Shown here: positions 49,994-60,474 of the stretch, piece after piece
How positions within the stretch are numbered: the stretch's first letter is position 1
Layout: each line of letters starts with the position of its first letter
Origin: an uncultured Verrucomicrobiae bacterium
GTDB lineage: Bacteria > Verrucomicrobiota > Verrucomicrobiia > Limisphaerales > Palsa-1400
NCBI GenBank assembly: GCA_963702845.1
Contig: OY969763.1
Location: forward strand, 1,184,001-1,248,000
Reading direction: 5' to 3'
DNA: 64,000 nt
Notes under the pieces: model-generated
The model's database searches: none
Told to the model about the DNA's origin: nothing
Seen by the model: the letters and a program-made list of their open reading frames with translations, nothing else
Program-made: the position numbers and the translations under genes

Positions 49994-51829
49994 TTATTCC
50001 ACCGTTTCGATTTTTTCAAAGCTCTCTTCGATGAACGTCGTGTTTTGAATCCGGGCGAGCCGGGCATACAGCCCGCCTTGTTCCAGTAATTGCTCATGCG
50101 TCCCGCGCTCGACAATTTCACCGTGACGCATCACCAAAATCTGGTCCGCGTTACGAATCGTGCTCAAGCGATGCGCGATGACAAAGCTGGTGCGATTGGC
50201 CATCAAACGTTCCAACGCCTCTTGAATCAACTTCTCCGTCGCCGTATCAACACTGGCAGTTGCTTCATCAAGAATCAAAATCGGTGCGTTCTTCAATAAT
50301 GCTCGCGCAATACTCACACGTTGCTTTTCGCCGACGCTCAACTTCACACCGCGCTCGCCCACGCGCGAGTCATAGCCATCCGCCAATCGCGAAATAAAAT
50401 CGTGACAGTTCGCCGCGCGCGCCGCGGTCAGCAACTCCTCTTCACTCGCGTCCAACTTTCCGTAAAGAATGTTCTCACGTACCGTGCCGTTGAACAAAAA
50501 CGCCTCCTGGCTCACGACACTGATCTGCGACCGCAACGTGTCGAGCGAGAGTTGCGATACGTCGTGACCATCGATGGTGATTTTGCCGGATGTCGCCTCG
50601 TAAAATGCCGGCAATAAATTGACCAACGTCGATTTACCGGAACCGGTCGGTCCGACGAGCGCAATCATTTGGCCGGGCAACGCGTGCAAGTTGATGTCCT
50701 TAAGTGCGGCGCGATCGTTGCCGTAGCTGAAATGAACATGCTCGTAGCGCACGTCGCCTCGCACGTTTTTCAGATCGATATTTGCACGATCCACCAGTTC
50801 GGTTGTCGCTCGCTCTTCGGCGCTATCCAAAATATCGAACACCCGTTCTCCACCAGCGCGCGCCGCTTGCATCATTTGATTGAGCCCATGAAGCCGTGCC
50901 ACTGGCTCGTAAAAAAGCCCGAGGTAAATGACAAACCCGACCAACTGGCCGACTTTCATTGTGCCGTCGATGACCAATCCTCCGCCAACCCAAAGCACCA
51001 GCGCAATCCCAAGCGCTGCCGCGAAACTCATGGCTGGCGAATACATAGCCCACACTCTCATCACACCGAGCGTCCCCTGGCGTAAATCATCCGCGCGTTT
51101 CGCGAAGCGCGCGTCCTCGTGCTCCTGCCGACCGAACGCCTTGATCTGCCGAATCCCTTGCAAGCTATCCATCAGGAGTGCGTTCATGGCGCTGGAAGCG
51201 AGGCGCTGCGCACGATACCGCGTGTGCGCTGTCAGTGTGTACCAAAGCGCGCCACCGGCAAGAATCGGAATTGGAATCAGCGAAACCGCCGCGAGCAGGG
51301 GATTGGTGTAAAACAATATGCCGCCGATGACGAGCAGGCTCAGGATCGCGACCGTCCCTTGCTCCGTCCCATCAATCAAAACGCGCTCGACCGAATTCAC
51401 ATCTTCAATCACCCTCGTCATCAAATCACCCGAAGCGCGTTGATCAAAATAGCCAACCGGCAACCGTTGCAAGCGCGCGTAGACTTCGCGTCGCATGTCA
51501 TAGATGACGTTTTGTTCAAACGTATTATTGACCCAAAGACGCAAGCTATTGAATGCATCTCGCAATAAAAACGCGGCCAACAATCCAATCACCGCCCAGG
51601 TCAACCGGTCCGGTTTTTTGGCGCCGATCACGTCATCGATGACCACCTGCGTCAATTTGGGATAGGCAATCGCGCACAAGAGCGACAACAGCGCGCAACC
51701 GATGTTTGCCGCCGCCATCCGCTTGTATGGGCGCAAGTAGACCGAAACGCGGCGCAGGATTTCCATCGTCGAACGCGATTTGGCCGCAAACGTCGGGTCT
51801 TCTTTATTGGTATTTTGAACCGGATGCAT
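49994..51829 (-). CDS. ABC exporter, fused permease/ATPase (MsbA/MdlB-like)
   Basis: TM domain, GPTGSGKS, LSVGEKQR, ILDEAT, IAHRLST. Confidence 0.95.
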   Translation of the reverse strand: MHPVQNTNKEDPTFAAKSRSTMEILRRVSVYLRPYKRMAAANIGCALLSLLCAIAYPKLTQVVIDDVIGAKKPDRLTWAVIGLLAAFLLRDAFNSLRLWVNNTFEQNVIYDMRREVYARLQRLPVGYFDQRASGDLMTRVIEDVNSVERVLIDGTEQGTVAILSLLVIGGILFYTNPLLAAVSLIPIPILAGGALWYTLTAHTRYRAQRLASSAMNALLMDSLQGIRQIKAFGRQEHEDARFAKRADDLRQGTLGVMRVWAMYSPAMSFAAALGIALVLWVGGGLVIDGTMKVGQLVGFVIYLGLFYEPVARLHGLNQMMQAARAGGERVFDILDSAEERATTELVDRANIDLKNVRGDVRYEHVHFSYGNDRAALKDINLHALPGQMIALVGPTGSGKSTLVNLLPAFYEATSGKITIDGHDVSQLSLDTLRSQISVVSQEAFLFNGTVRENILYGKLDASEEELLTAARAANCHDFISRLADGYDSRVGERGVKLSVGEKQRVSIARALLKNAPILILDEATASVDTATEKLIQEALERLMANRTSFVIAHRLSTIRNADQILVMRHGEIVERGTHEQLLEQGGLYARLARIQNTTFIEESFEKIETVE

Positions 51830-52006
51830 TGTTACGAACAGGCAGCTTACGATGCTTTATTATTTGAAACATTCAAATTCGACTCAGCCAAATAGCGCGA
51901 AATTGAATTGCCCACCGGCGAATTTTCAGTAATACTTTCCCCTACAAAGGATTGTGCGTTCCCTTGCATTCTGAGTCCATGCTGAGCTAGGCGCAGTCAT
52001 TCGAAA

Positions 52007-53362
52007 ATGAGTAAAGTTTCTTCGCCAGCGCCCGTGGCCAAAGAGCCAGCGCCCAAATCTGCCGAGCGTCGTCGTTCAATTCCGGACCGCGAGTCCGATG
52101 GCATTCGCATCCACATCTCGCGACGCGCCTATATTATTTTGTATACGCTCGTCCTTGCGCCTGCCCTCGTTGGTCTCGGCATTTTCGTCGGGCAACACAG
52201 GCGATCCGTCACGCCACCATCGCAAACGCAAACCCAATTACCAACCACCGGGCTGCAGCCAGCCCTTCCAACTACCCGCACCTATCTCAACTCAGGACCG
52301 TGGGGGACCGTCGAATACGTTCCGTTTGAACTCACCATTCCCGAAGAGTTTTTGTCCGTGCGAATGGATGAAAAGAGCGATCGCCGTTGGTTTTTCAAAG
52401 GCCAAACTGCCGACACGCTAAAAAACTTCTTCCAACAACAACCGCTCACCGACGCCCAACGCCAGCGGTTGCTCCAGGCTAAATGGGAACCTGCGCCTGA
52501 CGGCATCCGCGTCACGCCTCCAGTCGACGTCATTCTCTCGATGTCAACGGAAGCGCGGCAATCCGTTTATAACGTGCTGGCGCAGTTTGCTGAAAACTCC
52601 TGGCAACGCGAAGACGCCTACGCGATTCCCGCCCGCGAGTTTGAGCACTTCTTCGACAAGGTCGATGTGTCACCGGAAACCATCGCGATGGTTAAGCGCC
52701 TCTGCTATCCACGCGGACGTGTCATGATGTTTTCGGACGTCGCAACTGTCCTAGAAAAAATCTCATCACCGACGGAAAAGCTAAATCTCGAGAAAGCGCT
52801 ATCTCGACGTTGGACGATGCTCTTGAAACTGCACGTCGCTGCCGGCGCGGATGTGGATCGTTTGCTCAGTTATTGGGGTCGTGCAGGGCAGGGCAAGGAC
52901 CTTCGTCCATTGTTGCAAGCAATGAGTAAATTGCCGAACGGCACGATTATCGACGTCACCCATCTGCTGCCGACCATGCCAACCTCGCGCATCTATACGT
53001 ATCCATATCCGTCTTACACTCAACCCGAGAACTGCCACTGGACTTCCTTCAACTTTTTCCACGATCCGCCCGAAGGCAACTATACAAGTGCGGACTCACT
53101 CCACAAGAAGCTCGACTCTGATTACTACCCGGTCTTTTCTGACCCGCGTTACGGCGACCTGGTCTTCCTGACCAAACCGAACGGCGAGATCATTCATTCG
53201 GCGGTCTACATTGCCGATAACGTGGTCTATACGAAAAACGGTGGGCACTTTTCCGCGCCGTGGCTGCTGATGGAAATGTCGCGACTGCTCGATTGTTACG
53301 TGACGTTTGTGGGACCGGACGAACAGCTCAAGATACTGTACTACCGGAATAAATATTACTAG
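52007..53362 (+). CDS. Membrane-anchored hypothetical protein with a possible C-terminal papain/NlpC-P60-like domain
   Basis: One TM helix; ENCHW...GDLVFL...IHSAVYI...YTKNG. Confidence 0.6.
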   Translation: MSKVSSPAPVAKEPAPKSAERRRSIPDRESDGIRIHISRRAYIILYTLVLAPALVGLGIFVGQHRRSVTPPSQTQTQLPTTGLQPALPTTRTYLNSGPWGTVEYVPFELTIPEEFLSVRMDEKSDRRWFFKGQTADTLKNFFQQQPLTDAQRQRLLQAKWEPAPDGIRVTPPVDVILSMSTEARQSVYNVLAQFAENSWQREDAYAIPAREFEHFFDKVDVSPETIAMVKRLCYPRGRVMMFSDVATVLEKISSPTEKLNLEKALSRRWTMLLKLHVAAGADVDRLLSYWGRAGQGKDLRPLLQAMSKLPNGTIIDVTHLLPTMPTSRIYTYPYPSYTQPENCHWTSFNFFHDPPEGNYTSADSLHKKLDSDYYPVFSDPRYGDLVFLTKPNGEIIHSAVYIADNVVYTKNGGHFSAPWLLMEMSRLLDCYVTFVGPDEQLKILYYRNKYY

Positions 53363-53729
53363 ATTGATGATACCTTGCAGCGAGTTGCATGGCGTGCTTC
53401 TGTTCGACTTCACGCACGAAGTGATGCAGCGCCAGAAGCCGTTCCACCGACACGCGCAGATATAATCGGCGGGCGAGGAATCCTGAATTAGGCCGCACTT
53501 CGTCCCGATATACCCCAACTGCGTCGAGTAAATCCTCTTTGTCCTTCGTATCGGTGATCAACTCCATGAACGCCTCCGCGGCGAGGATCGCCGGTCCGCC
53601 ACCCAATTCAAGCAACCCCCAAAGCACCCGGGCGTGCGGATAGAGACATCGGTTCAAGGCCTCTCGTTGGAAATTATCTGGTCTACACCCGAAACAATCC
53701 ACGAAGGCCTCTCTGAACGGCAAAGGCAT
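53328..53729 (-). CDS. Hypothetical protein
   Basis: Fills the gap downstream of eboE; protein-like composition; short 3' overlap with the convergent gene. Confidence 0.6.
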   Translation of the reverse strand: MPLPFREAFVDCFGCRPDNFQREALNRCLYPHARVLWGLLELGGGPAILAAEAFMELITDTKDKEDLLDAVGVYRDEVRPNSGFLARRLYLRVSVERLLALHHFVREVEQKHAMQLAARYHQSSNIYSGSTVS

Positions 53730-53792
53730 GATAGTACCCGTACGCCTTTTGACTAAGTCTGTCAACTGTTTCCCACTGACCCGATTTGCGAT

Positions 53793-54944
53793 TTAAGCCA
53801 GCGAGCGTTCGCGGAGCCGAGCGAGTGTCCATTCATACTCCGACGCCAACTGATCCACGACATCGCGACTCTTCACCTCCGGCGGCATGACTTCCCAGGT
53901 GTAAGTTTCCATTTCAAGATGTGAACAAAGCGCCGGATTGCCGCCCAAAATATCCAGAACGCCGATCAAATGATCCGTTGTGTTGTCCAACAGGCTGGTC
54001 GGTTGCCAATGGAGCGGAACGTGAAAATGCACGCGCCACTCATCGACGGCGTCGGTGTTCAGCGCGTCCGGCAGATCTCGATAGCGCGTCAACTTGCCGT
54101 CGTGACCGCGCGCGACGACCTGATGCAAATAAGTGCTTTCCGCAAACGCCGACAATGCCTCACGCCCTTCTGGCGAGTCTTTGATCTTCAGCGCCGAACT
54201 AAGATGCAGTTTGCTGATGCGGATATTGTGCTTCTGTAACTCAGCAATCGCAGTGGCCGGTTCCTCAAATTCGACCGCAATGTGACACGTGTCGTAATTA
54301 ACCCCGAGATGCTCATCGATGCGATGATCGTGGTTATGCTCGGCGCGCAACCGTTCGAAAAACATCGCCGTTTCGTGTGTTGTTTCGAACAGACAAAGTG
54401 GTTCAGGTTCAAGCGCCAGGTGCATGCGACGTCCAGTTTGTGCGCTAACGCGGGCTGCGTGTTCAACGGAGCGGAAGACATTTGCACGAATGACGCGCAA
54501 TTGTTCCGTGCTCTTAACAAATTCTTTGAATGACCCCGGCACCGTGCTGACGGAACCTTCAATGTGCGCCGGAACGAGTTGGGCCAGGATGTCGAAAAGT
54601 AAATTCGTGAAATCAACCCGTTCCTGCGAAGTCCAATCGGGCAAGTAGACCTGTTCCTTCACACGTTTGCCGTGGAAGCGGCCAAAAGGAAATCCGTTGA
54701 TCGTGAAAACGTAACAGCCGTTTTTGTCGAGCCACCGACGGAAGGCCGTGATCTGGTCAGGTTTACTGAGTTCATAAGCAGCCTGTGCGCTCAAGCGAAG
54801 ACCGATGGCGTAAGGCTTGGTCGGCGAGACGCGCTGCTTCACAGCCAGCGTGTATTTCTCAAGTGAAGCAAGGGTTTCAGCCCACGTCTCGCCGCGATGC
54901 ACGTTCGTGCAGTAGGCGAGATGCAAGTTGTCCTTCAGTTGCAT
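53793..54944 (-). CDS. eboE: EboE-like TIM-barrel metabolite traffic protein
   Basis: HLAYCTNVH.GETW, TINGFPFG.FH..VKE.VY.PDW, LEPEP, YLHQV, WRVHFHVP, HLEMETYTW. Confidence 0.9.
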   Translation of the reverse strand: MQLKDNLHLAYCTNVHRGETWAETLASLEKYTLAVKQRVSPTKPYAIGLRLSAQAAYELSKPDQITAFRRWLDKNGCYVFTINGFPFGRFHGKRVKEQVYLPDWTSQERVDFTNLLFDILAQLVPAHIEGSVSTVPGSFKEFVKSTEQLRVIRANVFRSVEHAARVSAQTGRRMHLALEPEPLCLFETTHETAMFFERLRAEHNHDHRIDEHLGVNYDTCHIAVEFEEPATAIAELQKHNIRISKLHLSSALKIKDSPEGREALSAFAESTYLHQVVARGHDGKLTRYRDLPDALNTDAVDEWRVHFHVPLHWQPTSLLDNTTDHLIGVLDILGGNPALCSHLEMETYTWEVMPPEVKSRDVVDQLASEYEWTLARLRERSLA

Positions 54945-54947
54945 GCG

Positions 54948-55751
54948 TTAGCTCAACTTGAACTTTGGGCTTTGCGACATGAACTTCAGCGGGTTTTGGT
55001 AGATCATCTTATCGATGTCTTCGGCTGTATGGCCGCGCTTTTTCATTTCGAGAGCGGTTCGTGGGACAGCAAGCGGGACGCTGACACCCCAATCACAAGC
55101 GCTGTTCATCCAGAGACGTTCGCCGCCGTAAATATTAATCATGTCAATTGCGCGGGCGGAAGTGCATTTCGAGTCAGGATACAAAGTCATGCCGCCCCAG
55201 AAACCCGAATCGAGCACGAGCTTGATTGTGTGTTCTTCCACGTGATCAATAATGACGCGCTCAGGTTTGATGCGTTTGTCATTTTTCAATGCATCGACGA
55301 TCAGGCGCGTGCCCTTGAGCTTATCCTCAAGGTGCGGAGTGTGGATAAGAATCAATTGATCGTGCTTGGCCGCGAGATCGACGTGCTTTTCAAAAACGCG
55401 CAGTTCGTTTCGGCTGTTTTTGTTCAGGCCGATTTCGCCGATTCCCAGAACCGTCGGCTTATCCAAAAACTTCGGTATAATGTCGACCACTTCTTCCGCG
55501 AGCTTCGTGTCCTCCGATTCCTTCGGATTAATGCACAGCCAGGTGTAATGGGGCAGCCCAAATTTCGCCGCCCGCGCGGGTTCGTGTTCGGTGAGTTGGC
55601 AAAAGTAATCGTAGAATCCATCGACCGAGCTGCGGTCGAAGCCGGCCCAAAATGCAGGTTCGCAAACAGCCTGGCAACCCGCCATCGCCATTGCCATGTA
55701 GTCGTCCGTCGTGCGGCTGACCATGTGCCCATGTGGTTCGATGTAGCGCAT
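54948..55751 (-). CDS. TatD-family hydrolase (EboB-like)
   Basis: [35 protein letters not shown]. Confidence 0.88.
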   Translation of the reverse strand: MRYIEPHGHMVSRTTDDYMAMAMAGCQAVCEPAFWAGFDRSSVDGFYDYFCQLTEHEPARAAKFGLPHYTWLCINPKESEDTKLAEEVVDIIPKFLDKPTVLGIGEIGLNKNSRNELRVFEKHVDLAAKHDQLILIHTPHLEDKLKGTRLIVDALKNDKRIKPERVIIDHVEEHTIKLVLDSGFWGGMTLYPDSKCTSARAIDMINIYGGERLWMNSACDWGVSVPLAVPRTALEMKKRGHTAEDIDKMIYQNPLKFMSQSPKFKLS

Positions 55752-55752
55752 A

Positions 55753-56013
55753 CTATTTTCGGTATGCTCCGGTGGCGCCTTTGACGGTTGCTTTGGCGAG
55801 CGGTTCAGTCGTCGGATCACTCAGACTCAGCAAAACTTTCTCGGCGCGATTTGGCCCTTCGCCCTGCAATTCGTGCAACGCTTTGATGAAGGCGCGCAAG
55901 CGGAAGTCAGGCTCGCCTTGCGCGCGGTCGAGGCGATCGAGGAAGGCCGCAAGATCAATGAGCTTGGCGCGCGCTTCCATGAAATAAACATCGAGGACTT
56001 GTTGCCGAGTCAT
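55753..56013 (-). CDS. Small hypothetical protein
   Basis: [22 protein letters not shown]; tightly packed upstream of the TatD gene. Confidence 0.75.
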   Translation of the reverse strand: MTRQQVLDVYFMEARAKLIDLAAFLDRLDRAQGEPDFRLRAFIKALHELQGEGPNRAEKVLLSLSDPTTEPLAKATVKGATGAYRK

Positions 56014-56041
56014 AACAATTTAGTGCGGTAAGGCAATAGTT

Positions 56042-56106
56042 AGGTAGGGCGAGGCTCCCGCCGAGCCTTTTGCTACCCGTGGCTCGGCAGGAGCCTCGCC
56101 TTACCT
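56042..56106. repeat. GTAG REPIN-like inverted repeat
   Basis: AGGTAGGGCGAGGCTCCCGCCGAGCC...GGCTCGGCAGGAGCCTCGCCTTACCT. Confidence 0.88.
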
Positions 56107-56120
56107 GGTTAGACGAACAA

Positions 56121-57914
56121 TTACGCCAGAACTTCAGCCGATTTTTGTTCTGGTTCAACCCACTTGCCGTGTTCGCGAATCAAATCAACAAGACGATCCA
56201 CAGCTTCCGCTTCAGGAATATTAAATTTCACCGCCGATTTGCCGACGTAAAGATTGATCTTATTCGGCGCGCCGCCGACATAGCCGAAATCCGCATCCGC
56301 CATTTCGCCTGGACCGTTCACGATACAGCCCATGATCGCGATCTTCACGCCCTTCAAATGTTGCGTCCGTTCTTTGATTCGCGCGGTGACGGTTTGCAGA
56401 TTGAACAACGTGCGGCCGCAACTTGGACACGCCACGTAATCGGTTTTAAAACTGCGGCATCCGGCCGCTTGTAAAATATTAAACGCAAGACGAAGACTTT
56501 GTCCGCCGCCAGATTCACCACGCACCAGAATCGCATCTCCAATGCCATCCGCCAGCAAAGCGCCGATCACAACTGAGGCACGGAGCAGGGCGATCTTCGG
56601 TTCAAGCGGGACCGGTTCAAAATTGATGCAGTCCTTAAGCAGGATCGGATTGTTGCGACCCAAACGCCGCAACTTCGCCGCGAGCATGCGAAATGCGCTG
56701 ATCGGCGCCAATGGCACGCCATCTTTAACTGTGACCAACTGAGTCTCGCAGTTGATTTCAAAATCGTGCGTCGGATCAACTTCGAAAATATTCAGGTCTT
56801 CGTAAATCGCTTCGGGCCGCACGTCGTCTTTTGGGCGAATCTTCGGCGCAACCTTTTCCCAGGTCGCCCGAGTGACAACAACGCGTTGAGTTTGTTCGCC
56901 ACCGCACTTCACGTTATCCGCCAATTGGATTTCAGGCGTTTCCCGACGCGAAAATGTGAATGGGTCAAATGGCCATTCTTTGACCGGCAGATTCGTTGCA
57001 TCCGCCTTTTTCGTCAGCAACGGTAGTTGCGCGAGCAGATCGGTGCACACTGCGATTTCGTGCGGCGAATCTTCCGTCAACGAAACGCGAATCGTATCGC
57101 CCAACCCGTCGCAGAGCAGGGAACCAATACCAATCGCACTCTTGATGCGACCATCCTCGCCTTCACCAGCTTCAGTGACGCCAAGGTGAATTGGGTAATT
57201 CCAATCTGGACCGAGTTCATCGAGCCGCGCAACCAGCAGGCGATAACATTCAATCATCACCTTTGGGTTCGACGACTTCATCGAGAACTTGAAATTGTGA
57301 TAGTCAAGATCGCGGGCAATGCGGGCAAACTCCAAAGCGCTCTCCACCATGCCGAGCGGAGTGTCGCCGTAACGGTTCATGATCCGGTCGCTCAACGAAC
57401 CGTGATTCGTCCCAATGCGCATGGCGCGGCCGAGTTGTTTGCAAAGCTCGACCAGCGGCGTGAACTGCTCTTCGATGCGCTGAAGCTCCGCGTCATATTC
57501 GTTGTCGCTGTATTCGCGGACCGCAAATTTCTTCTTGTCCGCGTAATTCCCCGGATTGATCCGTACCATCTCGACCCATTTCGCCGCTTCCATCGCCGCG
57601 TCGGGTTTAAAGTGAATATCAGCAACAATCGGGACATTGCATCCGCGCGAACGCAATTCCTCGACGATGTTCTTAAGATTAGCCGCGTCCTTTACCGTCG
57701 GTGCAGTGATGCGAACGATTTGGCAACCGACAGCAACTAATTCCAGCGTTTGCTTAACCGAAAGCGCCGTATCCATCGTGTCGCAAGTGAGCATCGATTG
57801 CTTCACGACAGCGTGGTCGCCACCAATGATCACGCCGCCATTTTTCGGATCACCAACAACGACTTCGCGAGTTTTGCGACGGCTATAAAGGTAAGGCGAA
57901 CGGCAGTATTGCAT
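56121..57914 (-). CDS. ispG: HMB-PP synthase (long three-domain form)
   Basis: VADIHF, RINPGN, RIGTNHGSLS, HLGVTEAG, GDTIRVSL, CPSCGR, MGCIVNGPGE. Confidence 0.97.
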   Translation of the reverse strand: MQYCRSPYLYSRRKTREVVVGDPKNGGVIIGGDHAVVKQSMLTCDTMDTALSVKQTLELVAVGCQIVRITAPTVKDAANLKNIVEELRSRGCNVPIVADIHFKPDAAMEAAKWVEMVRINPGNYADKKKFAVREYSDNEYDAELQRIEEQFTPLVELCKQLGRAMRIGTNHGSLSDRIMNRYGDTPLGMVESALEFARIARDLDYHNFKFSMKSSNPKVMIECYRLLVARLDELGPDWNYPIHLGVTEAGEGEDGRIKSAIGIGSLLCDGLGDTIRVSLTEDSPHEIAVCTDLLAQLPLLTKKADATNLPVKEWPFDPFTFSRRETPEIQLADNVKCGGEQTQRVVVTRATWEKVAPKIRPKDDVRPEAIYEDLNIFEVDPTHDFEINCETQLVTVKDGVPLAPISAFRMLAAKLRRLGRNNPILLKDCINFEPVPLEPKIALLRASVVIGALLADGIGDAILVRGESGGGQSLRLAFNILQAAGCRSFKTDYVACPSCGRTLFNLQTVTARIKERTQHLKGVKIAIMGCIVNGPGEMADADFGYVGGAPNKINLYVGKSAVKFNIPEAEAVDRLVDLIREHGKWVEPEQKSAEVLA

Positions 57915-57922
57915 TGAGTGTC

Positions 57923-59329
57923 TTAGTGTGCCGGAGCGGCTTTAGGCTGTTGTTGCGTCGGTTCAGGTTGTGCCTGTTGTTCGATTTTGGTCCCGTGATG
58001 GAACATCGAACGGAAGATCGGCATCCGTCTGGTAACGTCGTTAAACGACACGAACAGCATGAACGAAATAAGCAGCACAGCGAACGCCGTCGTGGTGTAT
58101 TCGACAAACCGCACGCTCAACGGCCTGCGACGAATCTTCTCAATGATCGACATCAAAATATGGCCGCCATCGAGCACGGGAATCGGCAGCATATTCAGGA
58201 TCGCGAGGTTGATGTTCAACAACACGAGGAAGCTCATCGCCAGACGGAAGTCCGTGTTCACTTCGTGCGCCAGCATCATCAAAATTCCCGGCGGGCCTGA
58301 CAAATCTTTCACCCCAATGCCGGTTTCTTTCGAGTGGAACAAAGCGCTGAATGTATCAATGGTGCGTTGCCATACACGGTTGATTTGTTCAATCGGCGTC
58401 GGACCCGGTCGTTTCAAAACGTAAACGAGATTTTCTCCCCAAAGAATACCAATGTGGCCTTCTTTGCTGCCGGGTTGTGCCGTTGGCGTGACTGTCAACT
58501 TCAATAGCTTGCCGTCACGCTTGATCAGCGTCTCAGTCGGTTGACCGGTGCGCTTGTGGATCATCTCCGCCAACAACACGTGGTTAACCGCTGGGATGCC
58601 CTGCATTGAAATAAATTCATCGCCCTCCTTGAAACCGGCCTTCGCCGCAGGGCCATCGGCTTCCATGATTTTGCCCACGGTAGGATGTTGCTTGGGATCG
58701 AGGTTTAGGAATTTACCACCAATCTCGCTGGATTGCGCCGTCAGTTGATATGTGTTCGTTTTGCCTTCACGAGTGACAGTGACCGGCAGAACGTTGGTGC
58801 GCGCCAGGATCGTGATTTCGCGGATTTGTTCCCATGTGCTGACTGGTTTGCTATCGACGCTCACGATTCGGTCGCCTTCTTGAATGCCGAGCTTAGCCTC
58901 TGCAGAACCCGATTCAACGTAGCCAATCACCGAGGGATTCACTGGTTCGGGCAATCCAACGAAATAAATAATCCCAGCCACAGCGAACGCGAAAATGACA
59001 TTCATGACCGGCCCCGCAATCGCGACCAGAATCTTCGAAAACGGCGCAGCGGGAGGAATGTGCGCATCAGCAGAACCTTCCAATTGCTGCGACGTAATCA
59101 TCTGCGGCAGCTTCACGAAACCGCCGGCGGGAATCCAACGCACCGAGTATTCGATCCCGTCGCGCACCCACGAAAAAATCTTCGGCCCGAAACCGATCGC
59201 GAACCCTTCCACCTTCAGGCCGCGTTTGCGCGCGACCCAGAAGTGACCGAACTCGTGGACGAAAATAGACGCACCGAAGAGCAGCAAAACGACAATGCTG
59301 ACGTATAGAATATTCAGTATTTGGCTCAC
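57923..59329 (-). CDS. rseP: RIP metalloprotease RseP with two PDZ domains
   Basis: HEFGH, GFGP, AGPVMN, NMLPIPVLDGG. Confidence 0.95.
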   Translation of the reverse strand: MSQILNILYVSIVVLLLFGASIFVHEFGHFWVARKRGLKVEGFAIGFGPKIFSWVRDGIEYSVRWIPAGGFVKLPQMITSQQLEGSADAHIPPAAPFSKILVAIAGPVMNVIFAFAVAGIIYFVGLPEPVNPSVIGYVESGSAEAKLGIQEGDRIVSVDSKPVSTWEQIREITILARTNVLPVTVTREGKTNTYQLTAQSSEIGGKFLNLDPKQHPTVGKIMEADGPAAKAGFKEGDEFISMQGIPAVNHVLLAEMIHKRTGQPTETLIKRDGKLLKLTVTPTAQPGSKEGHIGILWGENLVYVLKRPGPTPIEQINRVWQRTIDTFSALFHSKETGIGVKDLSGPPGILMMLAHEVNTDFRLAMSFLVLLNINLAILNMLPIPVLDGGHILMSIIEKIRRRPLSVRFVEYTTTAFAVLLISFMLFVSFNDVTRRMPIFRSMFHHGTKIEQQAQPEPTQQQPKAAPAH

Positions 59330-59431
59330 AATATGGTAATACCTGGCGCGAAGAATCTAGCTGGGGAAACCCCCGCTGGCAACTTCGGTTTCACTCCCAT
59401 GATAGCCTAAAGCGGGCCAATGTCGAAACTG

Positions 59432-60469
59432 TTACCACTCAATGACTGCCGCGCCCCATGTCAGGCCAGCCCCAAAAACCACCAACAGCACCAAATCACC
59501 GCGCTGAATCCTGCCACCCTGGACCGCTTCATCCAACGCAATCGCCACCGAAGCAGCCGAAGTGTTGCCGTATTTATCCAAATTCACGAACCGCTGCTCC
59601 GGCGTCGCGCCGAGGCGATCACAGACAGCGTCAATGATGCGCAAGTTGGCTTGATGCGGAATGATGAGTTTAATCTGCGTAACATCCACTTCGCACCGCC
59701 GCAAGGCTTCCTGCGCCGCGGTCAGCATGGCATTGACCGCGTTCTTGAACGTCTCTTTGCCATCCATGCGCAAATAATGATGACCCGCTGCCAAAGATTC
59801 CGCCGTTGGAGGCATGCGACTGCCGCCTCCGGGCATGCAAAGCAAATCAGCTTTATTGCCGTCCGAACCCATGCACGCCGTCAGCAAGCCGTGCGATCCA
59901 GGACGGTTTTGCAAAATAGCCGCTCCCGCGCCATCGCCGAAAAGCACGCACGTGTTGCGATCTTTCCAATTAATAATGGACGAAAGTTTTTCCGCGCCGA
60001 TCACTAACACCGTGTCGTACGTGCGCGACATGATGAATTGTTGCGCAATTTCGAGAGCAAAAATAAAACCTGAACACGCCGCTTCAATGTCGAAAGCCGC
60101 CGCGCGATACGCACCGATTTTCTGCTGAACCAGACACGCCGTGGAAGGGAAGGGCATGTCGGGCGTAATCGTCGCCACGATAATCAGGTCAAGCTGCGAT
60201 GCTTCCAACTCGGCGCGTTGCAAAGCCAGCGTCGCGGCCTTAGCGGCCATGTCGGAAGTAAATTCGTTGGCAGCGGCAATCCGGCGTTCTTTGATGCCGG
60301 TGCGGGTTGTGATCCAGTCGTCGGTCGTATCGACCAACTTCTCGAGCTCCGCGTTGGTCAGAATGCGTTCCGGGACGTATGCGCCAACCGAGGCAATCGA
60401 GCAGGTGCGCCCTTTGAAGCCGTGCTCGGCTCGAGGATTCTTAAAGTTACGTTCGGGCAGATTTGTCAT
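59432..60469 (-). CDS. fabH: Beta-ketoacyl-ACP synthase III
   Basis: AACSGF, FGDGAGA, PHQAN, GNTSAAS, FGAGLTW. Confidence 0.97.
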   Translation of the reverse strand: MTNLPERNFKNPRAEHGFKGRTCSIASVGAYVPERILTNAELEKLVDTTDDWITTRTGIKERRIAAANEFTSDMAAKAATLALQRAELEASQLDLIIVATITPDMPFPSTACLVQQKIGAYRAAAFDIEAACSGFIFALEIAQQFIMSRTYDTVLVIGAEKLSSIINWKDRNTCVLFGDGAGAAILQNRPGSHGLLTACMGSDGNKADLLCMPGGGSRMPPTAESLAAGHHYLRMDGKETFKNAVNAMLTAAQEALRRCEVDVTQIKLIIPHQANLRIIDAVCDRLGATPEQRFVNLDKYGNTSAASVAIALDEAVQGGRIQRGDLVLLVVFGAGLTWGAAVIEW

Positions 60470-60474
60470 GCCAC

